Positions 48,201-57,997 of a stretch of 64,000 bases of DNA are shown piece after piece. Location of the stretch: positions 74 through 64,073 of the forward strand of contig RFOM01000014.1 in NCBI GenBank assembly GCA_009926615.1. The letters are read 5' to 3'. How positions within the stretch are numbered: the stretch's first letter is position 1; the number at the start of each line of letters is the position of its first letter. The notes under the pieces were generated by a model. The model did no database searches, was not told the DNA's origin, and was given only the letters and a program-made list of their open reading frames with translations. This stretch comes from Pseudomonadota bacterium. GTDB taxonomy: Bacteria; Bdellovibrionota_B; Oligoflexia; Silvanigrellales; Silvanigrellaceae. A program made the translations under genes and the position numbers.

Positions 48201-48602
48201 GAGAGCGACAATCTTGGAGTTGTCATAGAGTCGACAAGAAATTTCGCATCCAAATATCCGGTCGGCAGCAAAATAACATTAAATGAACTTGCAAAGTCAT
48301 TTACCATCACTGCGAGTGACAGTGCAAAATGGCTATGGGTTGATGCGAACTGTGGAAATCCAACAGGAGAAAAGGTGCGAATTGAATTGAGCAACGATTT
48401 GAACGCAGCCGGAAACACAACTGCCAATTCACTTTCCGGAACATATACGCAGTCCTGCGACAGCGTCACTTTGACAACCGCGAAACTCACTGCGCGCTGC
48501 AGAGCAATAAACGGAAGCATGAACAATACGGTGTTGGCACTTCCATTTGAATGCGTCGGCGATATTTGGAATAACAATGGTTCTCTCACATGTAACAGAT
48601 AA
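45270..48602 (+). CDS. Lipoprotein B: shared N-terminal module, glycine-rich (PF12810-like) domain, unknown domain, C-terminal CVNH-like half-domain
   Basis: ATG 45270. Lipobox LLSSC. The module is collinear with A (LEAPNFEIPFDAK, TGLRFKGVKAHFPTAAIAG, KGWLILRK, YLVTNLEL). Gly-rich domain lies at about 46530-47469 and the CVNH-like tail at about 48435-48599. Confidence 0.85.
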   Translation: MRFLSVPYLLPLVLLSSCGEKNQNAVELEGLDDDSVSVRLGMVSNSGVRMGGGDQDGMGLLSGNSVSVKVAVSGCKSGYSSTIDTFTAIDQLKIKFYKNDTGCKIKLNAVRLKAAGSSTSADYQMPSGTAESAYAFAGPSPSAQAKVYSATVGTTRKLLVKDALLDLKSNTTPDFRFQAIDGDVTTRSVKNVSQTQSLGSAALEAPNFEIPFDAKFPESANNGLGLSSMGAVYSAGAAGSTEANGGFQLDVLLRCANNVSLGTAGAVNTTAACPTPAGDQMKIHDLQIAAVMCRSTDDKLTFEQVAALFAAVPSSRVMNSPTSLVPVIKSGATFNSTATADYITGLRFKGVKAHFPTAAIAGTSISKGCAFDQSEAAKGWLILRKSEGTGSSAATSYLVTNLELSAASTAAMIATSMKEEVRIFNYTGGLESFKVPNGVTSISIKAWGAGGCVFDETPNYAASHNAEFGGAGGYSAATVSVKAGETVYVEVGQGGRDVSAPASYPNGGAGYNGGCDGGGSSNVYIDGYGKQDKLILVAGGGGGAGWYTPSGSQKQGNGAAGGGLTAQNGGANAGSGGSQTAGGQTGNGKGAALQGGASSGNGGTGGPGGGGGGYFGGASGVGGNNNTNGGGGGGSCYVGPSANGGVLASNAGSTGINDYVDPAGSVRKFADRSFSAAECTSGTGKTPPKTTDPDYVAGIAAGGAIADAKQIPGASTNWKSAAGGNGRVVIRYLMPATQVQTTITASCGTSQGEVSQLGCLHKDGERYLIGVIKQNVLSPTQVAGVINLTDESKVIDDTRWLSIWNRANATTDGNWRLVAQIETAANTWETISAPAANNIHLMKNANRLPLVKSLSAPVLTAYVYSLFHHEDNGNDWMGGDYSGIIYGGTNGYSTFGWYNQAKTNNFFGGQYNYASLKMRLWLYPPASAITATASGSSASFIGFTTGGKYKYAILSDLDTCAFGTMAAPDGIVKLQAQESDNLGVVIESTRNFASKYPVGSKITLNELAKSFTITASDSAKWLWVDANCGNPTGEKVRIELSNDLNAAGNTTANSLSGTYTQSCDSVTLTTAKLTARCRAINGSMNNTVLALPFECVGDIWNNNGSLTCNR

Positions 48603-48664
48603 GCGATCAGCTGCGGACAAACTGGCTTTTTATTTTTCGTGAAGACTATGTAATTTCCTGACTT

Positions 48665-49807
48665 TCAAAGCGCAAAATTTATCCCGCCGGCAGCAACAAT
48701 GAAGCCGGGGGTGATTGCAAAGGTTTTTTCCGTGTCGCCCCGCACGAGCGTTGCGCTCGATGTCGTTCCCTCAAAATCGGCGTATGCAGAGAATCCCTCA
48801 AAAAGTTTGAATCTGAGCATCGCTCCGCCGCCAAATCTCATGTAACTGAATTTGCCTGCGGGAGGGGAATCAGCCGCGCCGATTTTGATTTCCGTGGAAT
48901 TCGACTTGCCGACAACTCCGGCGACGGCACATGAAAAACCGAGACCAAAACAAGTAGGAAGCTCGAATGCGGGCTTGGCGACAAGTTCACTGACTTTTAC
49001 AGAATACTTGAACGAGGGTGAACCCGCGCCAAGTTCAACAACCTTAGACGCCGAGTACATCGCATAACGTCCGCCGATTAAAATATTGCCGGCAGAAATC
49101 GGAAAGCTGGCCTGCAATCCTCCGTAATAAAGCAATCCCGCGATGGATGATATTTTTTCTTTCTTGGCCTCTTCGATGAATGGATTTGAAGCTGAAATCA
49201 CCTGATTCATAATCAGATAGCCTGCGCCTGCGTCAATCCGGTATTCTTTCTTGCTTTCGGGCGGCTTGGCTTTGGCTGCATCCTGAGAGGCCTGCTCCTC
49301 GCCACCTTCCGTCTTTCCGGATTTTTTAGCCTTGGCATCTTTCTTTGATTTTTTATCCTTCTTCGCATCTTTTTTTGCCGCAGCAGGTTTGGCTTTCTCA
49401 GCCTCTTCACCGGAGGCATCTTCCTCGGATGCAGCCTCGGCCGCCTCGGCAGCCGCAGGCTTGGGCGTTTTGCCTGCCCAGTCGGGACAAGCTTTACCGC
49501 CTGTTGCTTTAAAGGCAATCGTTGCTTTGTCGTCTGTGGCCTTTTTTACCGTGCCTTTGAAGACCTTGTCATCGCCGAAAGTGAAGCTCTGAGTGCTCCC
49601 GACTTTGAGTTTGGATGGGGTCTTCATCGCAACCATGCATCCCTTTTGCTTCAGGACACTGTATTCAGCAGCTGCAGCATCATCACCTTCTTCTTCCTTC
49701 TCCTGTGCCAGTCCCACACCCTGCAGAGAAACTGCAAAGAGAAACGAGAGCAAACAAAAGAACAAACGCAAAGACGTGGACGAAAAACCGGTTTGCAAAC
49801 GATTCAT
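48665..49807 (-). CDS. Outer-membrane beta-barrel-like protein with N-terminal small domain and Lys/Ala/Glu-rich linker
   Basis: Signal peptide LRLFFCLLSFLFAVSLQGVGLA. Low-complexity AAKKDAKKDKKSKKDAKAKK segment. C-terminal ~200 aa show a beta-strand pattern ending AAGGINFAL. Same architecture as 10256..11488. Confidence 0.6.
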   Translation of the reverse strand: MNRLQTGFSSTSLRLFFCLLSFLFAVSLQGVGLAQEKEEEGDDAAAAEYSVLKQKGCMVAMKTPSKLKVGSTQSFTFGDDKVFKGTVKKATDDKATIAFKATGGKACPDWAGKTPKPAAAEAAEAASEEDASGEEAEKAKPAAAKKDAKKDKKSKKDAKAKKSGKTEGGEEQASQDAAKAKPPESKKEYRIDAGAGYLIMNQVISASNPFIEEAKKEKISSIAGLLYYGGLQASFPISAGNILIGGRYAMYSASKVVELGAGSPSFKYSVKVSELVAKPAFELPTCFGLGFSCAVAGVVGKSNSTEIKIGAADSPPAGKFSYMRFGGGAMLRFKLFEGFSAYADFEGTTSSATLVRGDTEKTFAITPGFIVAAGGINFAL

Positions 49808-50052
49808 AGGGTCTATGACTCCAATCGGTCTGGTTGGGCCCGAAATCCCGAAACGACTGCTCTTGCGGGGTGGCCGTACGCGTCAATTATCTGCCCTCGA
49901 CAGCCTCAGAGCAATTTAAATAGTGTAATATTTTTGGCGATTTGGAGAGAAGGTGGAAGGTTGCGCGATTTTTGATGACAGCCTTTCACGCGAGCTAAAC
50001 ATTTTGAGTGTCCGCTCCGATCTTCCTTTCAGGCGACTCGAGGGAAACCCAA

Positions 50053-51063
50053 ATGAAAATTGTCTTCCGCAGGGTACTGAGGCTGATTTACCTCTCAACG
50101 CTCTTGATTGCGGGCTGCGGGAGAATTGCCGTTGACTCCGGATCGGGAAACCTTGACCTGACTGCGATTCCCTTTGAGGGTTTTCAGTTTACCGTAACCA
50201 CCTCGCCGGACTCGGTCGGTGGCATAAAACAAGATTCGGGTGAGCTGGGATACACCCTCAAGGGCTGTGAAATGCGGGTCAACCAAAGTCCCAGTTTGCC
50301 TTTTTCGTTTGCCCGCGCGGCACCAGTCGTCAAACTTAAATCCGCAAGCCGACTCAAAGACTGCACCGTTCAACTCGATTCACTCAATTTCGACGGCAAG
50401 CGTTTTGTACCCATAAAAATTGATGCGCCCTCGTACATCGGCAAAAAAACCGGAATCGGAATTTACATTTCGGACACAGAACCCGGAACGAGCTACGCTC
50501 TGATTCCGTCCAAGAATGTTTCCAAGGACGAATCCCAAAATGTCATGTCCATCACCCTTTTGCTCGTCAAACAAATCAGCCTTCAAACATCGGTGGCCGG
50601 CGAAATGCCTCCTGTCATTACGCTGTCCGACAGCGCTCCGCTGTTTTTTGAAGGTGTTGATCCGGACAGCGGTGTGGGGCGGTTCCGGATCAGATTCAAG
50701 TGCATGAGTGCAAGCGATACTCTAATGGGGCAGGCTTCAGGCATCAGTGACGACAGATGTATTGTCGAGGGCATGGCAAATCACAAAATTGCCGATTATG
50801 AAGTTTTGATTTCGCGCCGGACCACAGACGATGTCGCATTGCTGCCCGACGAAGCCGAAGCATTCTTCTCCGCAGGCAGTGCGAGAGCAAAAAAATTCAC
50901 CGTGCCCGCCAATCCCAATTTGCCGTATCTCGAAGTCCCCTCTTTGGCGGGTGAGGACAAAATGATTGACACGGGAAAATTGTGGCTCCTCGTCAGGTAC
51001 ACAAGTTCTGACTCGGGCATGAAGTCTTATGCCGCGTGGCAGATTGAGTCGGAAAAATTGTGA
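50053..51063 (+). CDS. Lipoprotein C: divergent stand-alone copy of the shared N-terminal module
   Basis: ATG 50053. Lipobox LLIAGC. Contains YTLKGCEMRV...RLKDCTVQLDSLNFDG and terminal GKLWLLVRY...YAAWQIESEKL, positionally equivalent to blocks in A, B and D. Confidence 0.65.
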   Translation: MKIVFRRVLRLIYLSTLLIAGCGRIAVDSGSGNLDLTAIPFEGFQFTVTTSPDSVGGIKQDSGELGYTLKGCEMRVNQSPSLPFSFARAAPVVKLKSASRLKDCTVQLDSLNFDGKRFVPIKIDAPSYIGKKTGIGIYISDTEPGTSYALIPSKNVSKDESQNVMSITLLLVKQISLQTSVAGEMPPVITLSDSAPLFFEGVDPDSGVGRFRIRFKCMSASDTLMGQASGISDDRCIVEGMANHKIADYEVLISRRTTDDVALLPDEAEAFFSAGSARAKKFTVPANPNLPYLEVPSLAGEDKMIDTGKLWLLVRYTSSDSGMKSYAAWQIESEKL

Positions 51064-51205
51064 GAGCACGGGTTTGAACAGTTGGAATTTATTTGCAGGC
51101 TCAACAGGTTGGCTCGGTTCGGTAAAGTTCTCGGACAGGTGTGCGATATCTCTTACGGGTCTACAGACGTTTAAGTAATTCCAGTGATGTACCAAGGAGG
51201 AGTTT

Positions 51206-52408
51206 ATGAAGAAGTTAGTTACAGGTTTTTCTCCGGCGCTCTGCGCTCTGATGCTGGTGTCCTGCGGTGGCAAGGATGTCGGTTCGGATTCGGAAACAGT
51301 AGATATGGCAGTTTCCGTCGAACCGGGAACAGTTGCATCGAGTCTTGCAGGCGATGATGATGCGCTGGGGCTTATTGATTTGAAGAACGTTGCCTTCAAA
51401 TATGTAATCAAAGGATGCAAGTCCGGTTACAAAAAAAATGCAACATCCGAATGGGTAACGGAAAAGACCTCAATTAAGTTGTTCAAAAACGACACCGGAT
51501 GCATTGCGGAGCTCGCCGGCATTAAGATGAACGGAAGTGAATTCACAAAGATTTATAAAAAAGATAACACAACTAAAGTGGAGGTTTCAGTTGATGGAGC
51601 AAAAGCGGCCTCGGGCTCGGTAAATTGCGCACAAAAGGATAATTGCACCGCTGCGGAACTCTCATACTTTTATTACAAACCCGGAACAGACCCCGCTGTT
51701 GGCCAAGTGCAATTCGTACTCAAGGTTCCTGACACTGGAACTTTTGACACAACAAAAGCCAACAGTCTGAAGTGGACGTTCGAGTCAATTCGAAGTGACC
51801 TGACGACGAGGAAGGTTTCGGATGCCGGCTTTTCGCAGGGTATGAGCGTCGGAGCTCTCGAGGCTCCCAACCTGACAATGCAGGGTTCAAACAATACGGC
51901 AGGGACTTTAAATTTTGTTGGTACTTTGAGCCCGCTAACCGTAGGAACGGGCGCGTCTGCAAAGACTTACAGTGGTTGGGAAATAGACGTAACGTTCGTG
52001 TGCAACGATGATGCAACCACCAACACCGCAAAGACTACAGGAACCGGTGCCAACGCAACATGCCGCACTCCCGGTGGCGACCAACAGAAATTGTCGAACA
52101 TGAAAGCTGTCATTGTGGATGGACGTGCAGATGACACATCTGCGCTGTCCTTCGATCAAGCAGCAGACAAATTTGCTATTGCAGATAAGATAACAGCGAC
52201 AGGGGCTTCAGGAGCGTCAAAGGCAGGAGCAGAAGCCAGTACCAAGGTAATATTCGCAAATGTCGCTTGGCAGATTACTGAGATGGTTGATCCAAACAAG
52301 ACCTACAAGGGCTGGCTGATCGTCCGCATGGAAGACACTGATTCATCGAACAACAAATTCTACTCATACTCGGTAACCAACGTTGAATTGGGTGTCCAAT
52401 CTCCATGA
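51206..52408 (+). CDS. Lipoprotein D: stand-alone copy of the shared N-terminal module
   Basis: Lipobox LMLVSC. Contains FKYVIKGCKSGYKK, IKLFKNDTGCIAELAGIKMNG, GALEAPNLT and YKGWLIVRMED...YSYSVTNVELG. Confidence 0.75.
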   Translation: MKKLVTGFSPALCALMLVSCGGKDVGSDSETVDMAVSVEPGTVASSLAGDDDALGLIDLKNVAFKYVIKGCKSGYKKNATSEWVTEKTSIKLFKNDTGCIAELAGIKMNGSEFTKIYKKDNTTKVEVSVDGAKAASGSVNCAQKDNCTAAELSYFYYKPGTDPAVGQVQFVLKVPDTGTFDTTKANSLKWTFESIRSDLTTRKVSDAGFSQGMSVGALEAPNLTMQGSNNTAGTLNFVGTLSPLTVGTGASAKTYSGWEIDVTFVCNDDATTNTAKTTGTGANATCRTPGGDQQKLSNMKAVIVDGRADDTSALSFDQAADKFAIADKITATGASGASKAGAEASTKVIFANVAWQITEMVDPNKTYKGWLIVRMEDTDSSNNKFYSYSVTNVELGVQSP

Positions 52409-52466
52409 GTGAATCAATCAAATCTCACGTGGATTTTTTTGAACCACGGCGCTGACTCAACCAAGA

Positions 52467-52496
52467 GGGGGCGGGCATCCGCCCCCTTTCTTTATT
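52467..52496 (+). terminator. Rho-independent terminator after lipoprotein D
   Basis: Stem GGGGGCGG (52467-52474) / CCGCCCCC (52479-52486), loop GCAT, followed by TTTCTTTATT. Confidence 0.75.
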
Positions 52497-52572
52497 CCGC
52501 ATTTCGAAATCGTCATTCATCCGCAGCAAGAAAATCAGAAGTCACTCACCCGAGCTCATATGAACCTGACTC

Positions 52573-53721
52573 TCACAGTGGCGTGAGAAGAGCTTCATCA
52601 TCGGACCATTCTGAAACCAGCTGATGCTCAGTTCCCGATTTTGTTTCCAGATTCGAAACGCTCAATCCGAGGAGCCGGATTTTTTTGCGGCCCGCCTCGG
52701 TCTTTTCGAGAAGGAGCAACTTCGCAGCTGCAATAAACTCAGCGCTGTCATCCGAGGCCCGTGACAACGTCCTGCTGCGGGTGATTTGGCTGAAGTCGTG
52801 GTACTTGACCTTGAGGGTCAGGGTGCGTCCCCGCAATTGTTTCCGTTGAAGATCTCTGCCGACAAGTTCCGCCAGCGATTCAAGTTCCTGCAGTAGTCGA
52901 GGGACAAGAATTAAATCTTGGGAAAAGGTTTCTTCACGCCCCAATGAACGCCGCTCGCGATGCACGGTCACCGACCTGTCGTCCAAGCCTTGCGCAGCCA
53001 TATGAATCCAATGAGCAAATGATCCCAATTGGGCTTCCAGCTGAACGAAAGGAAAACGAAGCACATCGTCACATGTTTTTATTCCTGCATGATTCAGCCT
53101 TTTTTCCGTTGCGGGACCAACTCCGAATATTTTTCGCACCGGAAGCTCTCTCATAAACGAGGCCACCTTTTCGGGGGGAACAACCGTCAAACCGGCAGGC
53201 TTTCTGAAATCCGAGGCGATCTTGGCAACAAGTTTGTTGGGCGCAACACCCACCGAGCATGTCAGCAGGAGTTCGCGCGAAACATCGGACTGAATCATTT
53301 TTCCAATCTGCGACGCATATAGGTCTTGCTGATTGGCAGTGACGTCAAGAAAGGCTTCATCAAGAGACAGAGGTTCAATGATTGAAGTATAGCGCGCGAA
53401 AATTTCGCGTATTTGTCGGGACACCTGCGTATATTTGGCAAAATCCGGCGGCAGAAACACTGTCTGCGGACACAGTCGGAATGCATGGGCACACGACATA
53501 GCAGAGCGTATTCCAAACTTCCGCGCTTCATAGTTTGATGTACAAACAACCGCGCGGGACTGAGGCGATCCGCCAATCACAACGGGCTTGCCGTGCAGTT
53601 CGGGATTGTCCCGCATCTCGACTGCTGCATAAAAGGCATCCATGTCGACATGGATGATCTTTCGTTTGAGCAGTGAAGGATGTACAGCGTCCAAACTGAA
53701 ACTCCCGTTGTGCGGGCGCAA
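52573..53721 (-). CDS. dinB: DNA polymerase IV (Y-family)
   Basis: IIHVDMDAFYAAVEMRDNPELHGKPVVIGG and SLDEAFLDV are canonical DinB motifs. Confidence 0.92.
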   Translation of the reverse strand: MRPHNGSFSLDAVHPSLLKRKIIHVDMDAFYAAVEMRDNPELHGKPVVIGGSPQSRAVVCTSNYEARKFGIRSAMSCAHAFRLCPQTVFLPPDFAKYTQVSRQIREIFARYTSIIEPLSLDEAFLDVTANQQDLYASQIGKMIQSDVSRELLLTCSVGVAPNKLVAKIASDFRKPAGLTVVPPEKVASFMRELPVRKIFGVGPATEKRLNHAGIKTCDDVLRFPFVQLEAQLGSFAHWIHMAAQGLDDRSVTVHRERRSLGREETFSQDLILVPRLLQELESLAELVGRDLQRKQLRGRTLTLKVKYHDFSQITRSRTLSRASDDSAEFIAAAKLLLLEKTEAGRKKIRLLGLSVSNLETKSGTEHQLVSEWSDDEALLTPL

Positions 53722-53733
53722 CTTTCCGCCTGC

Positions 53734-54798
53734 TCAGTTGCTTCCTGCAGGCACCGGAGACGCGTTATCAGCCTGCAGTTCAGAACCGAACAGAGTTCTT
53801 GTCTCACCAATTTCCATGCAGGTAAAATCATCCGGCTGAAGTGTTTTTGCTTTGGCTGAAGCAGACAGGAGCCGGCAGGGTTCATCTATCGGTTCATCGG
53901 TCAGCTGAAAAGTCCCAAAGTGCATGCCGACACTCTTCTTGGACCTGACGTCTTTGTGAAGCTCAACTGCGTCGTCGGGATCAATGTGCTGATCGCGAAC
54001 AAAATCCCGCGGTGCGTAGGCACCGACCGGAATAAATGCAAAATCAACTGCGCCTGCCCGCTCGTGAATCTCCTTGAACAGCTTAGGATGGTATCCGGTG
54101 TCTCCGACAAAATACAAAGTTTTGCTTCTGAACTTCAAATAATAACCACCCCACAGACGCATATTTCGAACAAAGGGAACGCGCATCGACCAGTGTTGGG
54201 CCGGTACAAATGTCACGTCCGTGTCCTTGTTCAGAGTGTGTTTGCTCCACCAGTCCAGCTCAACAATGTTCTTGAATCCGGCATCCTCAAGAATAGGTTT
54301 TGAACCCAAACCGGCTATCACAAGCGGATTGTCACGCTTTGCAAAAAACTCAAGAGACGGCAGATCCATGTGATCAAAATGGTCGTGACTGACAAGAATC
54401 AGATCGACCTTGGGAGTTTGCTCCAAGGTCACCGCGGGAGGAACAACCCGATCAACGGACAGCCATGACGTAAAACCAATCCATTGTGAATAAACCGGAT
54501 CGGTCAGCACCCTGAAATTTTCAAACTCGAGCAAAAACGTAGAATGGCCAATCCACGTGATTGACGCTTCGTTGCCCTTGAGAATTCGGTTCACCGAAGG
54601 TTGGCGGGTCACCGGCAGGGATTCGGGCCACTTGGCAGGATTGCGTGTGAACCGAAACTTCATTGCATCCCAAAAAGACTTCATCGGAAAGGGATAGACG
54701 TTTTCAAACTTGCGATCCGCCGCCACGGCGACTGTATTGGCAGAAACCGTCAATGCTGAAAGCCAGACAGCCGCAAGCCGCAACAACATTCTCTTCAT
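53734..54798 (-). CDS. Exported MBL-fold metallo-hydrolase (NAPE-PLD-like subgroup)
   Basis: Signal peptide MKRMLLRLAAVWLSALTVSA. HxHxDH motif in LVSHDHFDHMD. Confidence 0.75.
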   Translation of the reverse strand: MKRMLLRLAAVWLSALTVSANTVAVAADRKFENVYPFPMKSFWDAMKFRFTRNPAKWPESLPVTRQPSVNRILKGNEASITWIGHSTFLLEFENFRVLTDPVYSQWIGFTSWLSVDRVVPPAVTLEQTPKVDLILVSHDHFDHMDLPSLEFFAKRDNPLVIAGLGSKPILEDAGFKNIVELDWWSKHTLNKDTDVTFVPAQHWSMRVPFVRNMRLWGGYYLKFRSKTLYFVGDTGYHPKLFKEIHERAGAVDFAFIPVGAYAPRDFVRDQHIDPDDAVELHKDVRSKKSVGMHFGTFQLTDEPIDEPCRLLSASAKAKTLQPDDFTCMEIGETRTLFGSELQADNASPVPAGSN

Positions 54799-54903
54799 CT
54801 TCCCGTCCCCTCATTCAGATTTGTGCGAGAATATCAGAAGCCCGCCTGCGGACAAGCAATCCTGCCAAAGCCGAGACTCAATCACACCGGCGGCGCAGAA
54901 GAA

Positions 54904-55476
54904 TCAGTTTTTGCAGCCAATTAAAGTGCAGGGGTTTATAAATGCACCCTTGTAAGTCGTTTGAAGATGAAGATGCGGACCCGTAGACGAACCGGTATTT
55001 CCAAGCAGCTGAATACTTTGTCCGCGCTTGATCAGTTCACCGGCCTTCACCAAATTCTGATCCCCATGTCCATAAAGTGATTCAACCCCGCTCTCGGGAT
55101 GAAAAATCACCACAGTTTTTCCGGTCAGCCGCTGTTGTCCGGAATACCTCACCACGCCGTCGGCAATCGCAGTCACAGGAGTACCCAGCAAGTCCACAAG
55201 ATCAATTGCCCCGTGGAAGGCTCCAGAACGGCATTCAAACCCTCCGGTGATAAGAATTTTAGACAAGGGAGGCTTGTATTCAACAGAGGGCAATTTTTTA
55301 ACCGAAGAGTCCAAGACAACTTTCACGGTTTCTCCGCCTTGCGATCCCTGACAGAATTTGGAGTAGGTCTCGACCTCCTGCATCTCTTCTTCCGACAGCA
55401 GAACTGCCATTTCATTTATTGATGATCCGCATGAGGACGCACCAAACACAAGCAGAATCGTCATCCAAATATTCAT
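54904..55476 (-). CDS. M23-family metallopeptidase lipoprotein
   Basis: ATG 55476 gives MNIWMTILLVFGASSC, a lipobox. HGAIDL (HxxxD) and GNTGSSTGPHLHLQ (HxH) are M23 motifs. Confidence 0.8.
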   Translation of the reverse strand: MNIWMTILLVFGASSCGSSINEMAVLLSEEEMQEVETYSKFCQGSQGGETVKVVLDSSVKKLPSVEYKPPLSKILITGGFECRSGAFHGAIDLVDLLGTPVTAIADGVVRYSGQQRLTGKTVVIFHPESGVESLYGHGDQNLVKAGELIKRGQSIQLLGNTGSSTGPHLHLQTTYKGAFINPCTLIGCKN

Positions 55477-55593
55477 TACGAATTCCCCTGACGGTATAAA
55501 AACACCGTGACACCTTATCATCGTATTCCTTAAAAAGCTCGGCAACAGCGGAGTCGGGGCTGCGCACAAACTAAAAAACAGACGATGATTTTG

Positions 55594-55626
55594 TTGACAG
55601 TCTTCAGACCGGATATAAGATCCGGT
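55594..55626 (+). promoter_or_regulatory. Candidate promoter (TTGACA-N16-TAAGAT) overlapped by palindrome ACCGGAT-N5-ATCCGGT upstream of the zinc cluster
   Basis: -35 TTGACA at 55594-55599 and -10-like TAAGAT at 55616-55621. A perfect 7-bp inverted repeat at 55608-55626 spans the -10. Lies 27 nt upstream of ATG 55653. Confidence 0.4.
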
Positions 55627-55652
55627 TAAGCTTATATAAACCGAGGCATGCC

Positions 55653-56225
55653 ATGAAATTTTTTTCAAATAACATTGTTCTCTTCGCTCTGACAATATGC
55701 CTGTTTCCGCAGATTGTTCTTCACAACTTCGCTGCTGCTGGCGGAAAAGGCCACAGCGCCCACCAGCACGGAGTCGCCAAGGTCAACGTGGTCGCCGAAG
55801 GCAACAACCTGACAATCCAACTCGAAGCGCCGTCAGAAAGTATTTACGGCTTCGAGCATGAAGCAAAAAAGCCGGCTGACATTAAAAAGCGCGACGATGC
55901 AGTCACCAAATTGAAATCAAATGCCGACAAGATGTTTCTGACCGACCCTGCTTTGGGCTGCAAGTTGACAACCTCTGACGTCAAACCTTTTGTCACAGAA
56001 GAAAAGCACGAAGAAAAATCCGACAAAAAACATAAAGCAGGAACGCACAGTGAAGTACATGCTGTCTTTAAATTTGAGTGCACAAAACCTCCGGCAGGCA
56101 GCATTCTCAAATTTGCGGCCCGCAGTCAGTTCAAATCATTACAGACACTGATCGTCCAATTGCTTTCCGGCGACAAACAGGGCGGAAGCACCATAAAGAA
56201 CGACAAAGGCATAATACAACTATAA
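55653..56225 (+). CDS. DUF2796 / ZrgA-like exported metal-binding protein
   Basis: Signal peptide, then a His-rich HSAHQHG segment. Pattern [20 protein letters not shown] resembles the ZrgA/DUF2796 repeat. Adjacent to COG0523 and Zur genes. Confidence 0.55.
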   Translation: MKFFSNNIVLFALTICLFPQIVLHNFAAAGGKGHSAHQHGVAKVNVVAEGNNLTIQLEAPSESIYGFEHEAKKPADIKKRDDAVTKLKSNADKMFLTDPALGCKLTTSDVKPFVTEEKHEEKSDKKHKAGTHSEVHAVFKFECTKPPAGSILKFAARSQFKSLQTLIVQLLSGDKQGGSTIKNDKGIIQL

Positions 56226-56241
56226 TTCAGGACCACGATAC

Positions 56242-57984
<1,743 letters not shown>

Positions 57985-57997
57985 AACCGGAGCAGCA

